From assembly GCA_965249595.1 (NCBI GenBank), contig OZ252242.1, positions 1,718,158 through 1,782,157 on the forward strand: a stretch of 64,000 nt of DNA. The letters run 5' to 3'. Shown here in pieces: positions 40,301 through 51,774 of the stretch. The notes under the pieces are model-generated. The model had not been told where the DNA came from. It did not search any database and saw nothing but the letters and a program-made list of their open reading frames with translations. This stretch comes from Chloroflexota bacterium (GTDB lineage: Bacteria > Chloroflexota > UBA11872 > VXNJ01). A program made the position numbers and the translations under genes. Within the stretch, counting starts at the first letter, position 1, and every line of letters begins with the position of its first letter.

Positions 40301-43300
40301 AAAACCTTCAGTTTTAGCGGGCCAGGATCAATTTTGCTGATGTTGGGTTCACCCGGGACTGTCCTGGGGGTACCGGTCCGGGGCGCGGACCAGGCGCCGT
40401 CGCCGCCGGCATTGACGGCCCTGATTTGCACATCGTAGGCAATCGAATTTTCTAGTCCGGAGACGGTGTATTCAAATCGACCTCCGGCCGATATCCGATC
40501 AATTAGGGTCCACGAGCCTTCAACGTTTGGGTCGCTGCTTTTCTTGTGGCGGAGGTCAAAGCTGGTAATCGATGCGCCGCCGTTTTGCGAGGGACTTTGC
40601 CAGCTGACGGTCAGCAAATTAACACCGGCCTCAACGTCGACAATCACGGCCGCTCCGGGTACCGTCCTGGGTGTGCCGTTGCGTGAAAGAGACCAGACGC
40701 CGTAATTAACTGCCGTGGCCGCCCTGATTTGAATGTTATAACTGGTCCCGTTTTCCAACCCGTAGACGGTGGCCTCGAGATCACCGCTCGACCAGGTCCT
40801 CAACTCCTCGGTCCAGGAACTCCCCTGGTCTGGGTCGGCACTCTTCTTGTGGCGAATGTCATAGTGAGTGATCTCGCCACCACCAACGTCGGTTGGGCGT
40901 TCCCAGAAAACTTTTAATTGCCGTGGATCGGGATCGATTGCGCTGATAATTGGCGCCCCCGGCGGTTTTTGCGGCATAGCGCTAAACGAAGTCGACCATG
41001 CGCCAAAGCCGGCGGGATTGACCGCCCTAACCTGTAGGTCATAACCGGTCCCGTTATCCAAGCCGGCAACGATGGCTTCGAGGTCGCCGTTCGACCAGAT
41101 GCCGAGATCCTCAGTCCAGGAACTCTCCTGGTCCGGATCGGCGCTCTTCTTGTGGCGAAGGTCGTAACTGGTGACCGCAGCACCCCCATTAAAAGACGGT
41201 CGCCGCCAGCTGATCGTCAGCGTGCCGTCTCCCGGTTTTGCCTGCCTGATGGTCGGTGCTCCAGGGATAGTTCGCGGCGTACCGATTCGGCTGTCTGACC
41301 AATCACCGCGGCCGGCGGCATTGACCGCTAGTATCCCCACCCAATACGATTCGCCGTTTTCAAGGCCAGTCAATACCAGGGCGAGTTTTGCGTCGTCGCC
41401 GGCGGTCCAAGCAGCCTGCAGTTCCCGCCAAGATCCGGCGACATCGGGGTCAATGCCTTTCGATAGACGCAGGTCATATGAAGTTATCGGGGCGCCGCCA
41501 TCGTTTGCGGGCACCGACCAGATGACGGTCAATCTGCCGTCACCGGGCAGCAAGGGGGAAAGCACGGGCTCGCTCGGGTAGGTATACGGCGTGCCCGTCT
41601 TTGTCTCTGACCAGGGTCCCGGGCCAACCGAATTTACCCCTCGCACCTGAGCTTCATAGCTATCGCCGCCCGCCAGCGGAGCGACGATGTGATTCGACCG
41701 ATAGCCGGCAATATCCTTTTCAATTACCCAATCGGAATCTTGCCGACCGGAGAAAAGACTTCGACTCCGAACTTCCCAATAATCTACCGGCGCCGTATCT
41801 TCGTCGGAATATTCCCAACTGACCTCCAGCGAAGATTGAGCCGGGGCGACTTTAAATTCGATAGCGATTGATGGAGGATCGATCGGAACCCCTTGGTCTT
41901 CAATCCAAAGGCCCGCACCGGCAATGTTTAACGCCCTGATTTGGACGTCGTATTTGGTGCCGTAGTCCAGTCCAGCAATCTCGTATTTGAGATCGCCGCC
42001 GGCCCAAAAGTTAAAAACTTCAACCCAGGCGTCTGCCGGATTGGGATCTTCGTTGTCCCGATAACGCAGATCGTAACCGGAAACCGCCGAGCCGCCATTG
42101 TCAAGCGGGACGGTCCAGCTGAGTTGCAGCAGTTTGATGCCGGGCTTTATCGAGATGCTCGCCGGCAAGCCCGGGGTAGTGCGAGGGGTTCCTGATGTCG
42201 CGTCGGACCAGCGGCCAATTACAGCCCCGCTGACGGCACGTATTGACACATCGTATTCGTGTCCGTTGGTTAGTCCGGTGATGGCATATTCGGTGCTCCC
42301 AGAACTCCAAATCCCATTGCGCACGGACCAGGACCCGGTCAGGTCAGGGTCACTACTAAATTTGTGGCGCGAATCAAACCTGGTAACCGTGGGGCCACCC
42401 GCTCCCGGCGTCCATTGCACGGTCAAATTGCCGGCTCCGCCGGTTAACGAATCGATGGTTGGTGAACCGGGGGCATTTTTTGGAGTTCTGCTCAACGTGA
42501 ACGACCACCCGCCGCCGCCAGCGGCGTTTGCCGCCTGGAGTTGGACATCATAGGAAATGTCGTTGGTCAGATTGGATATGTCGTGCCTAAAGATTTTGGG
42601 GCGATGTCCCCGGCGTTGTCAACCGGAGTCCAGCGGGAATCCGCCTTGTCGGTGGCGTCACTGCGGATGTAACGCAGGTTGTAGGCGGTAATCGGCGATC
42701 CACCGGTGTCGGTGAGTTCGGCCCAGATCACCTCGATACTCTGATCAAAGCCACTGGCCGCGGTGATGCTAGGAGTTCCGGGCGCTCTTCGCGGCGATTC
42801 CCGTCTGACCAGGGACCAAAGCCCGGACCCATTGGTGTTTTGAGCGCGAATTTGGAAGTCGTATTCGATGCCATTGGTCAAACCGCTGCTGACGGTGTGG
42901 GTGAGGGCGCCGCTCGACCAAATCGATGCTTCAACGGTCCATTCGTCATCGGCCCGTTTTTCGGCATCGGCCCTTATGAATCGCAGGTCGTAGGTTGTAA
43001 CCGGCGATCCACCGGTAACCGTCGGGGCTTGCCAGGTCACGGTCAGCGATCCGTCGCCGGGCGTGGCCACAGTGATCGTCGGGGACCGCGGAACCGGCGC
43101 GGGGGTGCCCGTCTGAGACTCCGACCATGGACCGTCGCTGTTGAGATTGACCGCTCGAATTTGAACATCGTATTCGATGGTGTTGACAAGCCCGGTCAGT
43201 AGATAACGCCGCGCTCCAGAACTCCAGATAATGCTTCCCTCAGTCCAGTTGCCATCCACGCTCTCGTCGGCATCGGTCCGGATGTGGCGGATATCGTAGG

Positions 43301-46300
43301 TGAGGATTTCCGATTCATGGTCCAATGGCGAGGGGGTCCACTCGACACTCAGCGCGGTGTCAGTCGCGGCCACCGAGTTGATCGTGGGCGTTCCAAGCGC
43401 CCGTTGGTGTCCGCGGGCGATGATCGCCCAGGAATTGAGCTAGCCGACGGTCCCTCTCCGGTTGTCGGTTATGCGCAGCGTCCAGTCCCCGGTCGGGTCT
43501 TCGCCCAGGTGGCGCGAAGTTCCAAAGTGAAATCGTCCCGACCACGAATATCCGGGTGAATTCAAATAGGTGGAAAGAACGGATATTGTCCCCGACGGCG
43601 ACTCCAGCTCGATGCGCAAATCGCGCGCCGAGCCATGTGAAAAGTCGATCGGCACCTCGATGTGTTCGACGAATGAGATTCCGTCCGGAACGGTGAGGGT
43701 GCTGCCGAGCGTATTCGTGCCCCGGGATGTTCGATCGGGAATTCGCAGATCCAGGCCGCCCGATTTGGCCTCCGCTTTTTCCAGTGGCGGGAGTTTGGTC
43801 CAGCCGGCGGCCATTTCGACAGCCGCCGCCGCATCAACCACTCCGAACCCGTAGGCGTGGTTGAAGGAGTACTTTTCTGAATCCTGTCGATACTTCGGGG
43901 CCCCTGCCTCCCAGCCGGAGTTGCGCGGGTCATTCTTGCGGGCCGAACCGGCCAGTATCAATTTGACGTCGCGCCAGGTGAGATCGCTCTTGGCCTTGCG
44001 AATCAGGGCGGCCACTCCGGATACCATCGGCGTTGACGCCGACGTGCCGCCGAAGCTGTCGCGATAGCGATCGAAGTTGTCGATGGTCGTAATTCCCCGC
44101 GCGCCTACGCGCCGGGAATCATTGGACGGTGCGCAGACCCACAGGTTGGAACCGGATTCGGAATAGTTGACCTGTTTTCCCTGGTCGGTGACCGCACAGG
44201 CCGCTACGACTCCGTAGAAGCTCGCCGTCTCGTCCAGATTCGAATAGTCGCCTTCCCTCCGCCCATTGCCGCCGGCAAAGACGTAGACCGTACCCTTTCC
44301 GCCGGCACCGTCGGCCAACCCGGCTTCGACCCCCAATTTCCACGGCAGGGATTGGGTTTTCAAACCCGGCCTGTCACTTCCGCCCCAACTGTTGTTCGAC
44401 ACATCGGTAACCTCGCGCTCGGTCGACATCGCTATCCCCTTGTTCACGTCGGTGGCCGAAAGGAGCAAATTGAATCCGTAGATGGTAGCCCGTGGAGCTA
44501 CGCCGCGGACGCCTAAATCGTTGTCGCGGGCGGCTATGATGCCGGCGACTCCGGTGCCGTGATTTGCAGTATCCCGGTGGACATCATCGCGATTCCCAAA
44601 GTCAAGATTTCGGCTCGCTTCGACGTTATCGATCAGGTCTTCGTGGGAATGATCGAGTCCGTTGTCGACCACCGCCACCCGAATTCCTTCGCCCATGTTG
44701 GAACCCCACACGCCGGAGACATTTATGTCTTCACCTGCGGTTGCGCCGTCGCGGCCTTGGTTATTCAGGTGCCACTGGCAGCCGTAAAGGTCGTCATCGT
44801 AGGCGGTTGCGATTGCGCTGCAATCAGTGATAAAGGACTCGTAGGCGGTATTGCGCCGCAGGGTAAACGAATACTGAGTGTTAAACGTGACCAGCGTTGA
44901 GGGCCTGGCGACAATCAGCGAAGTGACCCGATAAAAATAGGTGCCCGGATCCAGTCGGTAGGCGAAACCATCTCCCGGGACCAGGTTCCCGCTTACGTCA
45001 AAAACTCTGTAGTCGAGCACGGGTAAGAAGTCACTGCCAATCGCGAACGCGACTTCGGAGGTCTGCGTCAGCGCGAATTCATATAAGTCGAAATCATCAA
45101 ATCCTGATATATCGGCGGAAACTTTTCGATTGAAACTGAGTGGAACCGCCGATCCAGACGGGTCAAAATTCTCCGGCGTGCGATCGAGGTGTAGCGTGTA
45201 ACTGCCGCCGCGCGAACCCGAAAGTTCAACTTTTATGTAATAGGTTCCCGGTGCCAAGTCGGCGCGGATATGGAAGTTGTTGGTAATGCGCTGAAAGCCC
45301 CAAGTATCGTTGCTGTCAATCCCGGTGCCGTCCTGCCTTTGCAGGGCACCGACGGTGTTCAAAACTCCTGTCGTGTAAGCGCGAATATCGGTTGCCTCGG
45401 TTAATTCAAACTCGAAGAAATCAATGTCGTCGCCATCGAAGGCGATTTCCTCAATCTCCTCACCGATCCCGATCGTGGTGGCAGTGGCGCGGCTGCCGCC
45501 GGCGTCAACGACGGTCTCGGCATGCAAGGTGTAGGGACCGCCGTTGCCGATCCTAGAAGTGGACTGATAGGCCGAAACGGCAACGTAGTAGATCCCGGCC
45601 GCAAGTGATCGCCGAATCAGGAAATTTAGCCCCTCGGACTCCAGCACGTGGTCATCGTTGGCTTCCAGCAAATCCTCGTCTTCAGCAAACAGGTGCCCGA
45701 CGGTGTCAGTTCGTCCGGTTGTGTAAATGAGCACATCGGTGGCGGACGGCAGCGTCAGTTGGTATGTGTCGACATCGGTACCGGGAAAGATCTGCTCGTC
45801 CACCGATCCATCAAGGGGCAGCGTGCCGGCGGTGGCGATGGTGTTGCCCGGCTCCGTCCACAGAGCGACACTCAGTTGATAGGACCCGGTCAGGGCATTT
45901 ACGCCATCGCGATAAGAGCGAACTTTGACGTAATAGGTTCCCGCGTCGAGTCGCGCGTTGATCTGGAAATTGAGTAAGCTGGCGAAGAAGTCGATGTCAT
46001 CGGACGCCGAAATCTCGTTGCCGTCACTGTCTTGCAGCTGCCCGACGGTGTCCAGGTTGCCGGTCGTGTAAATGTCAACGCTCGTTGGATCGCTAAGGAC
46101 AAGGCGGAAGAAATCTTCATCGGAACCAGGGTCGATGCTGCCGGCCAACGGCGTGCCCACGCTGATTGCCGTGGCCGTGGCCCGATCATTGCCGTGATCA
46201 TCGATGGTCAATTGACCAGTCGCGGCGCCGGAGGAGACGAGCAGGCCGGCAACTGCGGCAATCGCGGCCAGCAGACCACCAATATTGCGACGGTTACTTG

Positions 46301-46352
46301 AAATCGGCCACATTCCCGGGGTGGCCGGCATTCGAACGTGGTCAGTTGGCAA
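37396..46352 (-). pseudogene. Giant cell-surface S8 subtilase / PPC x4 / P-domain / ~18 FN3 / LGFP-like protein, broken by in-frame TAG (43440-42) and a frameshift (42570-42618)
   Basis: Signal/TM anchor, four PPC-like domains, catalytic triad D (VVDNGLDHSH), H (HGTGVAGII), S (GTSASTPMVSG), and a proprotein-convertase P-domain. ORFs 43440-46352 and 42567-43373 are in-frame, separated by TAG plus 22 sense codons (..GTPTINSVAATDTALSVEWTP). The 1699-aa ORF frame is open upstream to 42619 with FN3 sequence (..ISYDVQLQAANAAGGGGWS). The C-terminus has (L/W)G(F/Y)P...Q.(F/Y)Q.G repeats. Confidence 0.65.
37900..43400 (-). repeat. Tandem array of ~18 fibronectin type-III coding repeats (~285 nt period)
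   Basis: Recurrent SYDLRHK.S.DPD..SW......W..G.LEY...GL.NGT.YD.Q.RA.N..G.G.WS....GTPRTVPG.P.I. Confidence 0.7.
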
Positions 46353-46526
46353 TCTGGCTACCGAACCCGGCGTTTGACAACGTCAACCATCCATCGGCTG
46401 ATCAAGTCGTCGGCGGGCAAACAAAGCGTCGGCTAAGCCCCGCTCGATCCGGGCCAACGAATCGCCCATCTATGTCCCCGGCGATCTCGACGGTTGCATG
46501 GCCGGGGCGGAGTCGCGAGATGTCCT

Positions 46527-47309
46527 TCACTTAGTCTCAGCTTCGCTCAACCAATTGGGACTGGCGTTGACCACCCCGTTCTGCCCGGCCAGGGCATTGG
46601 CCAACTCGAGCGACGCGAATCCCGGCGCGGTGCTTACCAGGAAGCCGTTGTCGATAAAGTCAAGATCCGAAACTTGGCTTGCCTTTATCGCGTTGCTGGA
46701 AAAAAATCTGTTGACGCGGGCTCGGTCCCAAGCGGGGTTAAGAACGACCAGCACCCCGCCTGGCAGCGTCATCAGACCGCCGGAACTTGATCTAAACACC
46801 GGTTCGGGCTCGGGTTCTTCTTCATCGCTTTGGGTGTTGGCAGTCGACCGGGTACTGACAGCCGACCCGGGAAGGGAATCGCCGGGTGCGCTGATTTCCG
46901 GCTTGGCGCCAGGGTTTCCGAGATCGGTCTGTGCCTCCATGTCTTCCACCAACTCCACTTGGAGATCGCGATCTCCGTCCTGCCAGGTGTAGGTCTCATC
47001 CGAACGCCTGGCCACGGTCGTGGTCGGAACCTTTTCGATCGCCGGCGTGGCGGTCGGTTTGGGTGGATCGACCACGACCGTTGGCTCGGTTTCCGATGCC
47101 GGCTGATTGCGCGGGTCGGCAGGCGCAGGCGACAAAGCTGAATCTGCAGATTCAGCAAATTTCTCTCTGGCGACCACATCCGAGTCCACGCCGAAGGGAT
47201 TGATCAATGCCAATGAACCGACGGTCAATAGTCCCAATGCCGCAACGACGACCACCATCGCTGAAAACCAGCGGGTACCGGCACGCGAAAAGACGCTTTT
47301 TAATGTCAT
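46527..47309 (-). CDS. Membrane-anchored protein with C-terminal subtilisin-propeptide (inhibitor I9)-like domain (tentative)
   Basis: N-terminal TM (WFSAMVVVVAALGLLTVGSLAL) and a low-complexity Pro/Thr/Glu linker. C-terminal TYTWQDGDRDLQVELVE...GFLVSTAPGFASLELANALAGQNGVVNASPNW resembles the I9 pattern (YIV..K ... GFaa.ls.eal..L...p.V.yvepD). Sits 175 nt upstream of the S8 gene on the same strand. Confidence 0.45.
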   Translation of the reverse strand: MTLKSVFSRAGTRWFSAMVVVVAALGLLTVGSLALINPFGVDSDVVAREKFAESADSALSPAPADPRNQPASETEPTVVVDPPKPTATPAIEKVPTTTVARRSDETYTWQDGDRDLQVELVEDMEAQTDLGNPGAKPEISAPGDSLPGSAVSTRSTANTQSDEEEPEPEPVFRSSSGGLMTLPGGVLVVLNPAWDRARVNRFFSSNAIKASQVSDLDFIDNGFLVSTAPGFASLELANALAGQNGVVNASPNWLSEAETK

Positions 47310-47705
47310 GCTGTGAGCGATATTAGATGGTGGTTGCAGCGGGCGGTGGACGTCCGATCGCGGCCAAGGGTTCCCGCCGACCGCATCGGTGCAAACGATC
47401 GCCTGATGGACCCGAATGTAGCCGGTCAGATTTTATGGAATGACCGGCCGCGGCACGATTTTTTCAGCAACGATTGCCGCAAATTTGGCCCCAGATCGAG
47501 CGGGTAAAGCGGATCGCCCTAGAGAAAAGTGCGCCGGGGCGGTAATCAATCGATACGGTCGTGCCGGATCAACTTTTCGTCGCTGGTTTGCCGGCGAATT
47601 TCGGTGCCAGCCAAAAATCAGCCACGCGTCGACTGGCCCCGCAATTGCACGGAGCGGGCAAACATTTGTAAGCGCCGTCGATCCGGGATTGGATCGCAAT
47701 TACGT

Positions 47706-48506
47706 TCAGCTGGCCAGGAAGCCTTCGACCAATTGGGCAAATCTAGACGACTGTTCCAACGGCAGCATGTGGCCGGCGCCGGCAACAGTTTGCAGCTGGG
47801 CCCCATCGATCCGGCTGGCAATCTCGCGGCCGTGCTCTGGCGGCACCAGTTGGTCATGCCCGGCAACCACTACCAGTGCCGGACACTTGATGCGCCCCAA
47901 TCGCTTGACCAGGCCCTTATCCGGGATCGGCCACAAGAATTTGGCCACCGTTGAGAGTGACCTGACTCGCTCGACGGCTTGCATTTTGGCCTCGTCGCCT
48001 GACCTGGGGTCCGGCGTCCAGCGATGGGCAATTTCAGATTCCGGATCGCTGTAGAGAATTGATCGCAGTTGCGGTGGATTTGTGGCGAAGAAATCTACGC
48101 CGGGATGATCGTCAAGCCAGATCCCGGCCGGCGCAGCGAGCACCAAGCGACGCACTCGATGGCCGGCAATGGCCGCCAGCTCGGCGGCGATCATGGCGCC
48201 GAAGAAATGACCAACCACGTAGGGCTGATCCAATCCAAGTTCATCGAGCAGGTCCACATGATACAGGACCACCTCGAGCAGGGAGTCGATGTGCTCGATT
48301 CCCGGCAACTCCCCAAACCCCGGATGTAGCGGGGCGTACACGGTGTAGCGCTGGGCGAGCCTATCCAGAAATGGCGGCCATCCGGCATAGGCGAACGCTC
48401 CATGAAGGTATAGAAGTGGAGGGCCAGAACCGGCGATCCGAACGCTCACGGTCGCGCGCCCCACCTGCACGGTTTTTGGCAGCGGGCCGCCGTTGTGCCT
48501 ATTCAC
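47706..48506 (-). CDS. Alpha/beta-hydrolase fold protein
   Basis: LLYLHGAFAYAGW, nucleophile elbow VVGHFFGAM and C-terminal GAGHMLPLEQ. Confidence 0.75.
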   Translation of the reverse strand: MNRHNGGPLPKTVQVGRATVSVRIAGSGPPLLYLHGAFAYAGWPPFLDRLAQRYTVYAPLHPGFGELPGIEHIDSLLEVVLYHVDLLDELGLDQPYVVGHFFGAMIAAELAAIAGHRVRRLVLAAPAGIWLDDHPGVDFFATNPPQLRSILYSDPESEIAHRWTPDPRSGDEAKMQAVERVRSLSTVAKFLWPIPDKGLVKRLGRIKCPALVVVAGHDQLVPPEHGREIASRIDGAQLQTVAGAGHMLPLEQSSRFAQLVEGFLAS

Positions 48507-49730
48507 TTAGACGGCGACCGGATCAGGAACGCTGCGCTCGGCGATGGGGTTCGGCCACCAGTGATCTTCGTAATCCGACCACATGCCCTCAAAGTGCGGC
48601 ATTACCTCGCGGGCGAAGAGTTCGGTGTTCTTCATTGTCAGCGGCTTGGGCATGCTGCCGATCTGCAACAGGACCATCAGATGTCCAACGCGGAGGCCTT
48701 CGACCGCCTTCTTTAAATTGGTGACCACGGTCTCGGGACTGCCGGCAATCACGTAACCCTGCTCGACAAAGTCCTCCCACCGCATGTCTTTTCGCTTCTG
48801 GTTCTCCGACGCCCGGTGCGGATTGGGCATCACCTTTATGGTTTCGACGGAGCGATAACCGGGCGCGTCGGTAAACGCCTCGTGCACGTGCAGATTCTTC
48901 TTGTAGAAGTACTCGACGTGTGCCGCGTACTCCTCTTTGGCCTTTTCGTCGGTCTCCGATACGACGACCAGCTGCAAAAATCCGGCCCTATAAGGGTTGT
49001 CATCGACGCCCAGCTTTTCCATCTCTTTCCAGAAGCCGTCCATCACCCGGATGCCCCGCTTGTAGCCCGAGTAGCTCAAGTAGCAGTAGACGTATCCCAT
49101 CCGGCTGGTCCATTCCCAGGTCTCGATGCTGCCGCCGCCGGGAATCCATATCGGCGGATGCGGCTTCTGCAGCGGGCGGGGCCAGATGTTCACGTAGCGG
49201 ATCTGGGTGTATTTGCCGTTGAAGGCGAACGGTTCCGGCTCGGTCCAGGCTTTGATGACCAGGTCGTGGGCTTCGAAGTATTGATCGCGTAAGGTAGCCG
49301 GATTGGAACCGTAGGCGTAATTGGCGTCCTGTGATGTACCCACCGGGAATCCGGCGACCAATCGCCCACCGCTGGTCACGTCCAGCATTGCAAATTCCTC
49401 GGCCACCCGTATCGGCGGGTTGTAGAGGGCCAGGCTGTTGCCCATGACCACGATCGCCGCGTCGGAAGTCCGCCGGGTCAGGGAGGCCGCCATCAGGTTG
49501 GGCGAGGGCATGATCCCGTAGGCATTGTTGTGGTGTTCGTTCACGCACACCCCGTCGAATCCGACGGCGGCGGCGTGCTCGAGTTCGTCTAGGTACTCGT
49601 TGTAGAGAACGTGGGCTTTTTCGGGGTCGAAGAGATGGCTTGGCGGGTCGACCCAGACGCTGCGGTAGCGCTTCTCAAAATCATCCGGCAGGTGCCGATA
49701 GGGCATCAGATGGAACCAACAAATCTTCAC
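48507..49730 (-). CDS. LLM-class (luciferase-like) flavin-dependent oxidoreductase
   Basis: MKICWFHLMPY...VCVNEHHNNAYGIMPSPNLMAASL; abuts the upstream hydrolase gene (0-nt gap). Confidence 0.8.
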   Translation of the reverse strand: MKICWFHLMPYRHLPDDFEKRYRSVWVDPPSHLFDPEKAHVLYNEYLDELEHAAAVGFDGVCVNEHHNNAYGIMPSPNLMAASLTRRTSDAAIVVMGNSLALYNPPIRVAEEFAMLDVTSGGRLVAGFPVGTSQDANYAYGSNPATLRDQYFEAHDLVIKAWTEPEPFAFNGKYTQIRYVNIWPRPLQKPHPPIWIPGGGSIETWEWTSRMGYVYCYLSYSGYKRGIRVMDGFWKEMEKLGVDDNPYRAGFLQLVVVSETDEKAKEEYAAHVEYFYKKNLHVHEAFTDAPGYRSVETIKVMPNPHRASENQKRKDMRWEDFVEQGYVIAGSPETVVTNLKKAVEGLRVGHLMVLLQIGSMPKPLTMKNTELFAREVMPHFEGMWSDYEDHWWPNPIAERSVPDPVAV

Positions 49731-49968
49731 ACGCTACCCGTTCAACACCGCTACGAATTCAATCTGCGATTGTATGTTTGGGCTCCCCGCGGGAAGGGAA
49801 TTGGCGCCGGATCCGAATGTGGCGCCAAGATTCGGTTTATCGATTCTGCTGGCCGCCAATCCCGCTAACCTACGAAATGCCGGCAGCGATCAGCTGCGGG
49901 CCGGACGCCACATCCGGCTCAGCTTCGATCGGGCTCGGCGACCATCAATCTCGGTTAGGACGATCCCA

Positions 49969-51690
49969 ATGCTCACGTCTCCGCACGGGATAAATTTCGG
50001 GTCCAATCGACCGGTGGTGATGGGTCGCAGCGGAATGGTCTGCGCCGGCCATCCACTGGCCTCGCAAGCGGGAATATCCACCCTGCAGCGGGGCGGCAAT
50101 GCGGTGGATGCGGCGATCGCCGTGGCCGCGGCCCTAAATGTCGTCGAACCGATGATGAGTGGAATTGGCGGTGATGGAATGATCATGGTCTACTCGAAAG
50201 AGGACGACCGGATTTATTTCTGCAACGGAACCGGGGCGGCGCCGTTGCACTCGCACCGCGACCTGTTCCTGCGCGACGGGATCCCGTTTAAGGGCCTCAT
50301 GTCGGTTTCGGTGCCGGCCTTGCTCCACAGCTGGGCAGATGCCCACGATCGATTTGGCCAATTGCCGTTCGCCAAGGTGCTCGCACCGGCGATCGACCTG
50401 GCCGCCAATGGATTTCCGGTTAGCCATTACCTCTCGCGTGAGATTGCCCAGGACCAGCTGCTCTGCCAATTTCCAACCTCACAGGCGGTCTTTGCCCCGG
50501 GCGGCGTCCCGCTGCGGCCGGGCCAGATACTGCGGCAGGAAAACCTCGCGCGAACGCTATCAACCATCGCCAGCGAGGGCCGGGATGCGTTTTACCGGGG
50601 ATCGATTGCCGAGGCGATCACCCGGTTTGCCAGCGAGCAGGGTGGCCTGCTGTCGATGGAAGATCTGGCCAACTGCAGCTCCCGCTGGCAGGATCCGATT
50701 TCGACGACCTACCGCGATCACACCGTCTACGAGGGCCCGCCCAATTCGTCCGGACACGTATTGCTGCAAGAGCTCAACCTGATCGAGCAATTCGATTTGG
50801 GCCAGGCCGGTTGCAATTCGGCCGCGGCCGTGCACCTGATGGTGGAGGCCAAGAAATTGGCGTTTTTGGACCGCGAAGCCTATATGGCCGACCCGGATTA
50901 TGTCGACGTGCCGATTGATGGCCTGCTATCTAAGGAATACGCCCGCGAGCGCGGACGCCTGATCGATCCAGCCAGGGCGGCATCGGAGTTGACCGCCGGT
51001 GATCCCTGGGCCCACCAGGACCGACCGCACTCGGAAGCAACCGCGATGCGAAGCGGCGGCGCCATCGACGGCGAGGACACGACCTGCTTCGTAGTGGTTG
51101 ATGGCCAGGGCAATGCGGTGTGCCAACTGCAGAGCATCCAGAGCGGGTGGGGTTCTAGCATCATCGCCGGCGACACCGGCGTATTGCTAAACAACCGGAT
51201 GACCTACTGGCACCTGGACAAAGACCACGTCAATTGCCTCCAGCCAGGCAAACGGGTCCGCCACACCATGAACCCGGTGATGGTTTTTGGCCCTGGAGCC
51301 GGCTCTTTGGGACAAGACGCCCAGAGGCTCGAACTGGTCCTGGGAACCCCGGGCGCCGACACCCAGGTGCAGAGTAACCTTCAGGTCCTATCGCACATCC
51401 TGGACTTCGGCATGACGGTTGCCGAAGCGGTTGAAGCGCCGCGCTGGAAAGACAACCAAAGCCCGCTCGAATCGACGATTCCCCACACCTGCGAGGACGA
51501 ACTGCTAATGGAAGCGCGGTTTGCCGACGATGTGGGCGCCGATTTGACGGTGATGGGCCATCAGATTCGCAATATCGGGCCTTGGGACGGGCTCACCGGG
51601 CGCGAGATGGTAATTGCCATAGATGAAGATAGCGGGGCGCTACAAGGTGCTGCCGACCCACGGGCCGACGGCTACGCGATCGGATATTAG
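49969..51690 (+). CDS. Gamma-glutamyltransferase family protein
   Basis: HPLASQAGISTLQRGGNAVDAAIA, GIGGDGMIMVY, and autoprocessing/nucleophile Thr in GEDTTCFVVVD. ATG 49969 is preferred over the ORF-track start at 49774. Confidence 0.8.
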   Translation: MLTSPHGINFGSNRPVVMGRSGMVCAGHPLASQAGISTLQRGGNAVDAAIAVAAALNVVEPMMSGIGGDGMIMVYSKEDDRIYFCNGTGAAPLHSHRDLFLRDGIPFKGLMSVSVPALLHSWADAHDRFGQLPFAKVLAPAIDLAANGFPVSHYLSREIAQDQLLCQFPTSQAVFAPGGVPLRPGQILRQENLARTLSTIASEGRDAFYRGSIAEAITRFASEQGGLLSMEDLANCSSRWQDPISTTYRDHTVYEGPPNSSGHVLLQELNLIEQFDLGQAGCNSAAAVHLMVEAKKLAFLDREAYMADPDYVDVPIDGLLSKEYARERGRLIDPARAASELTAGDPWAHQDRPHSEATAMRSGGAIDGEDTTCFVVVDGQGNAVCQLQSIQSGWGSSIIAGDTGVLLNNRMTYWHLDKDHVNCLQPGKRVRHTMNPVMVFGPGAGSLGQDAQRLELVLGTPGADTQVQSNLQVLSHILDFGMTVAEAVEAPRWKDNQSPLESTIPHTCEDELLMEARFADDVGADLTVMGHQIRNIGPWDGLTGREMVIAIDEDSGALQGAADPRADGYAIGY

Positions 51691-51753
51691 TAACCCACGC
51701 TTAATCGGGCGGGTCGCACACCCACTTGGGGTATCACCACTGGTCGGGAGGCC

Positions 51754-51774
51754 GCCCTGCCAGCCAGGCAGGCC
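51754..51774. terminator. GC-rich hairpin between convergent GGT and GPP34 genes (possible bidirectional terminator)
   Basis: ccctgcc-agcca-ggcagg stem-loop; no clear U-tract. Confidence 0.2.

Noticed and set aside
42098-42553. 151-aa plus-strand ORF and several similar ORFs (40466-40705, 41171-41581) antisense to the FN3 array
   Set aside because: Pro/Ser/Gly-rich translations opposite a strongly supported coding repeat array; characteristic antisense artefacts of repetitive GC-rich coding DNA.
37900-43400. Regular ~285-nt periodicity that could be mistaken for a CRISPR-like or satellite array
   Set aside because: The periodicity is in-frame protein-coding FN3 domain repeats; units are not identical direct repeats separated by unique spacers, and no cas genes are present.
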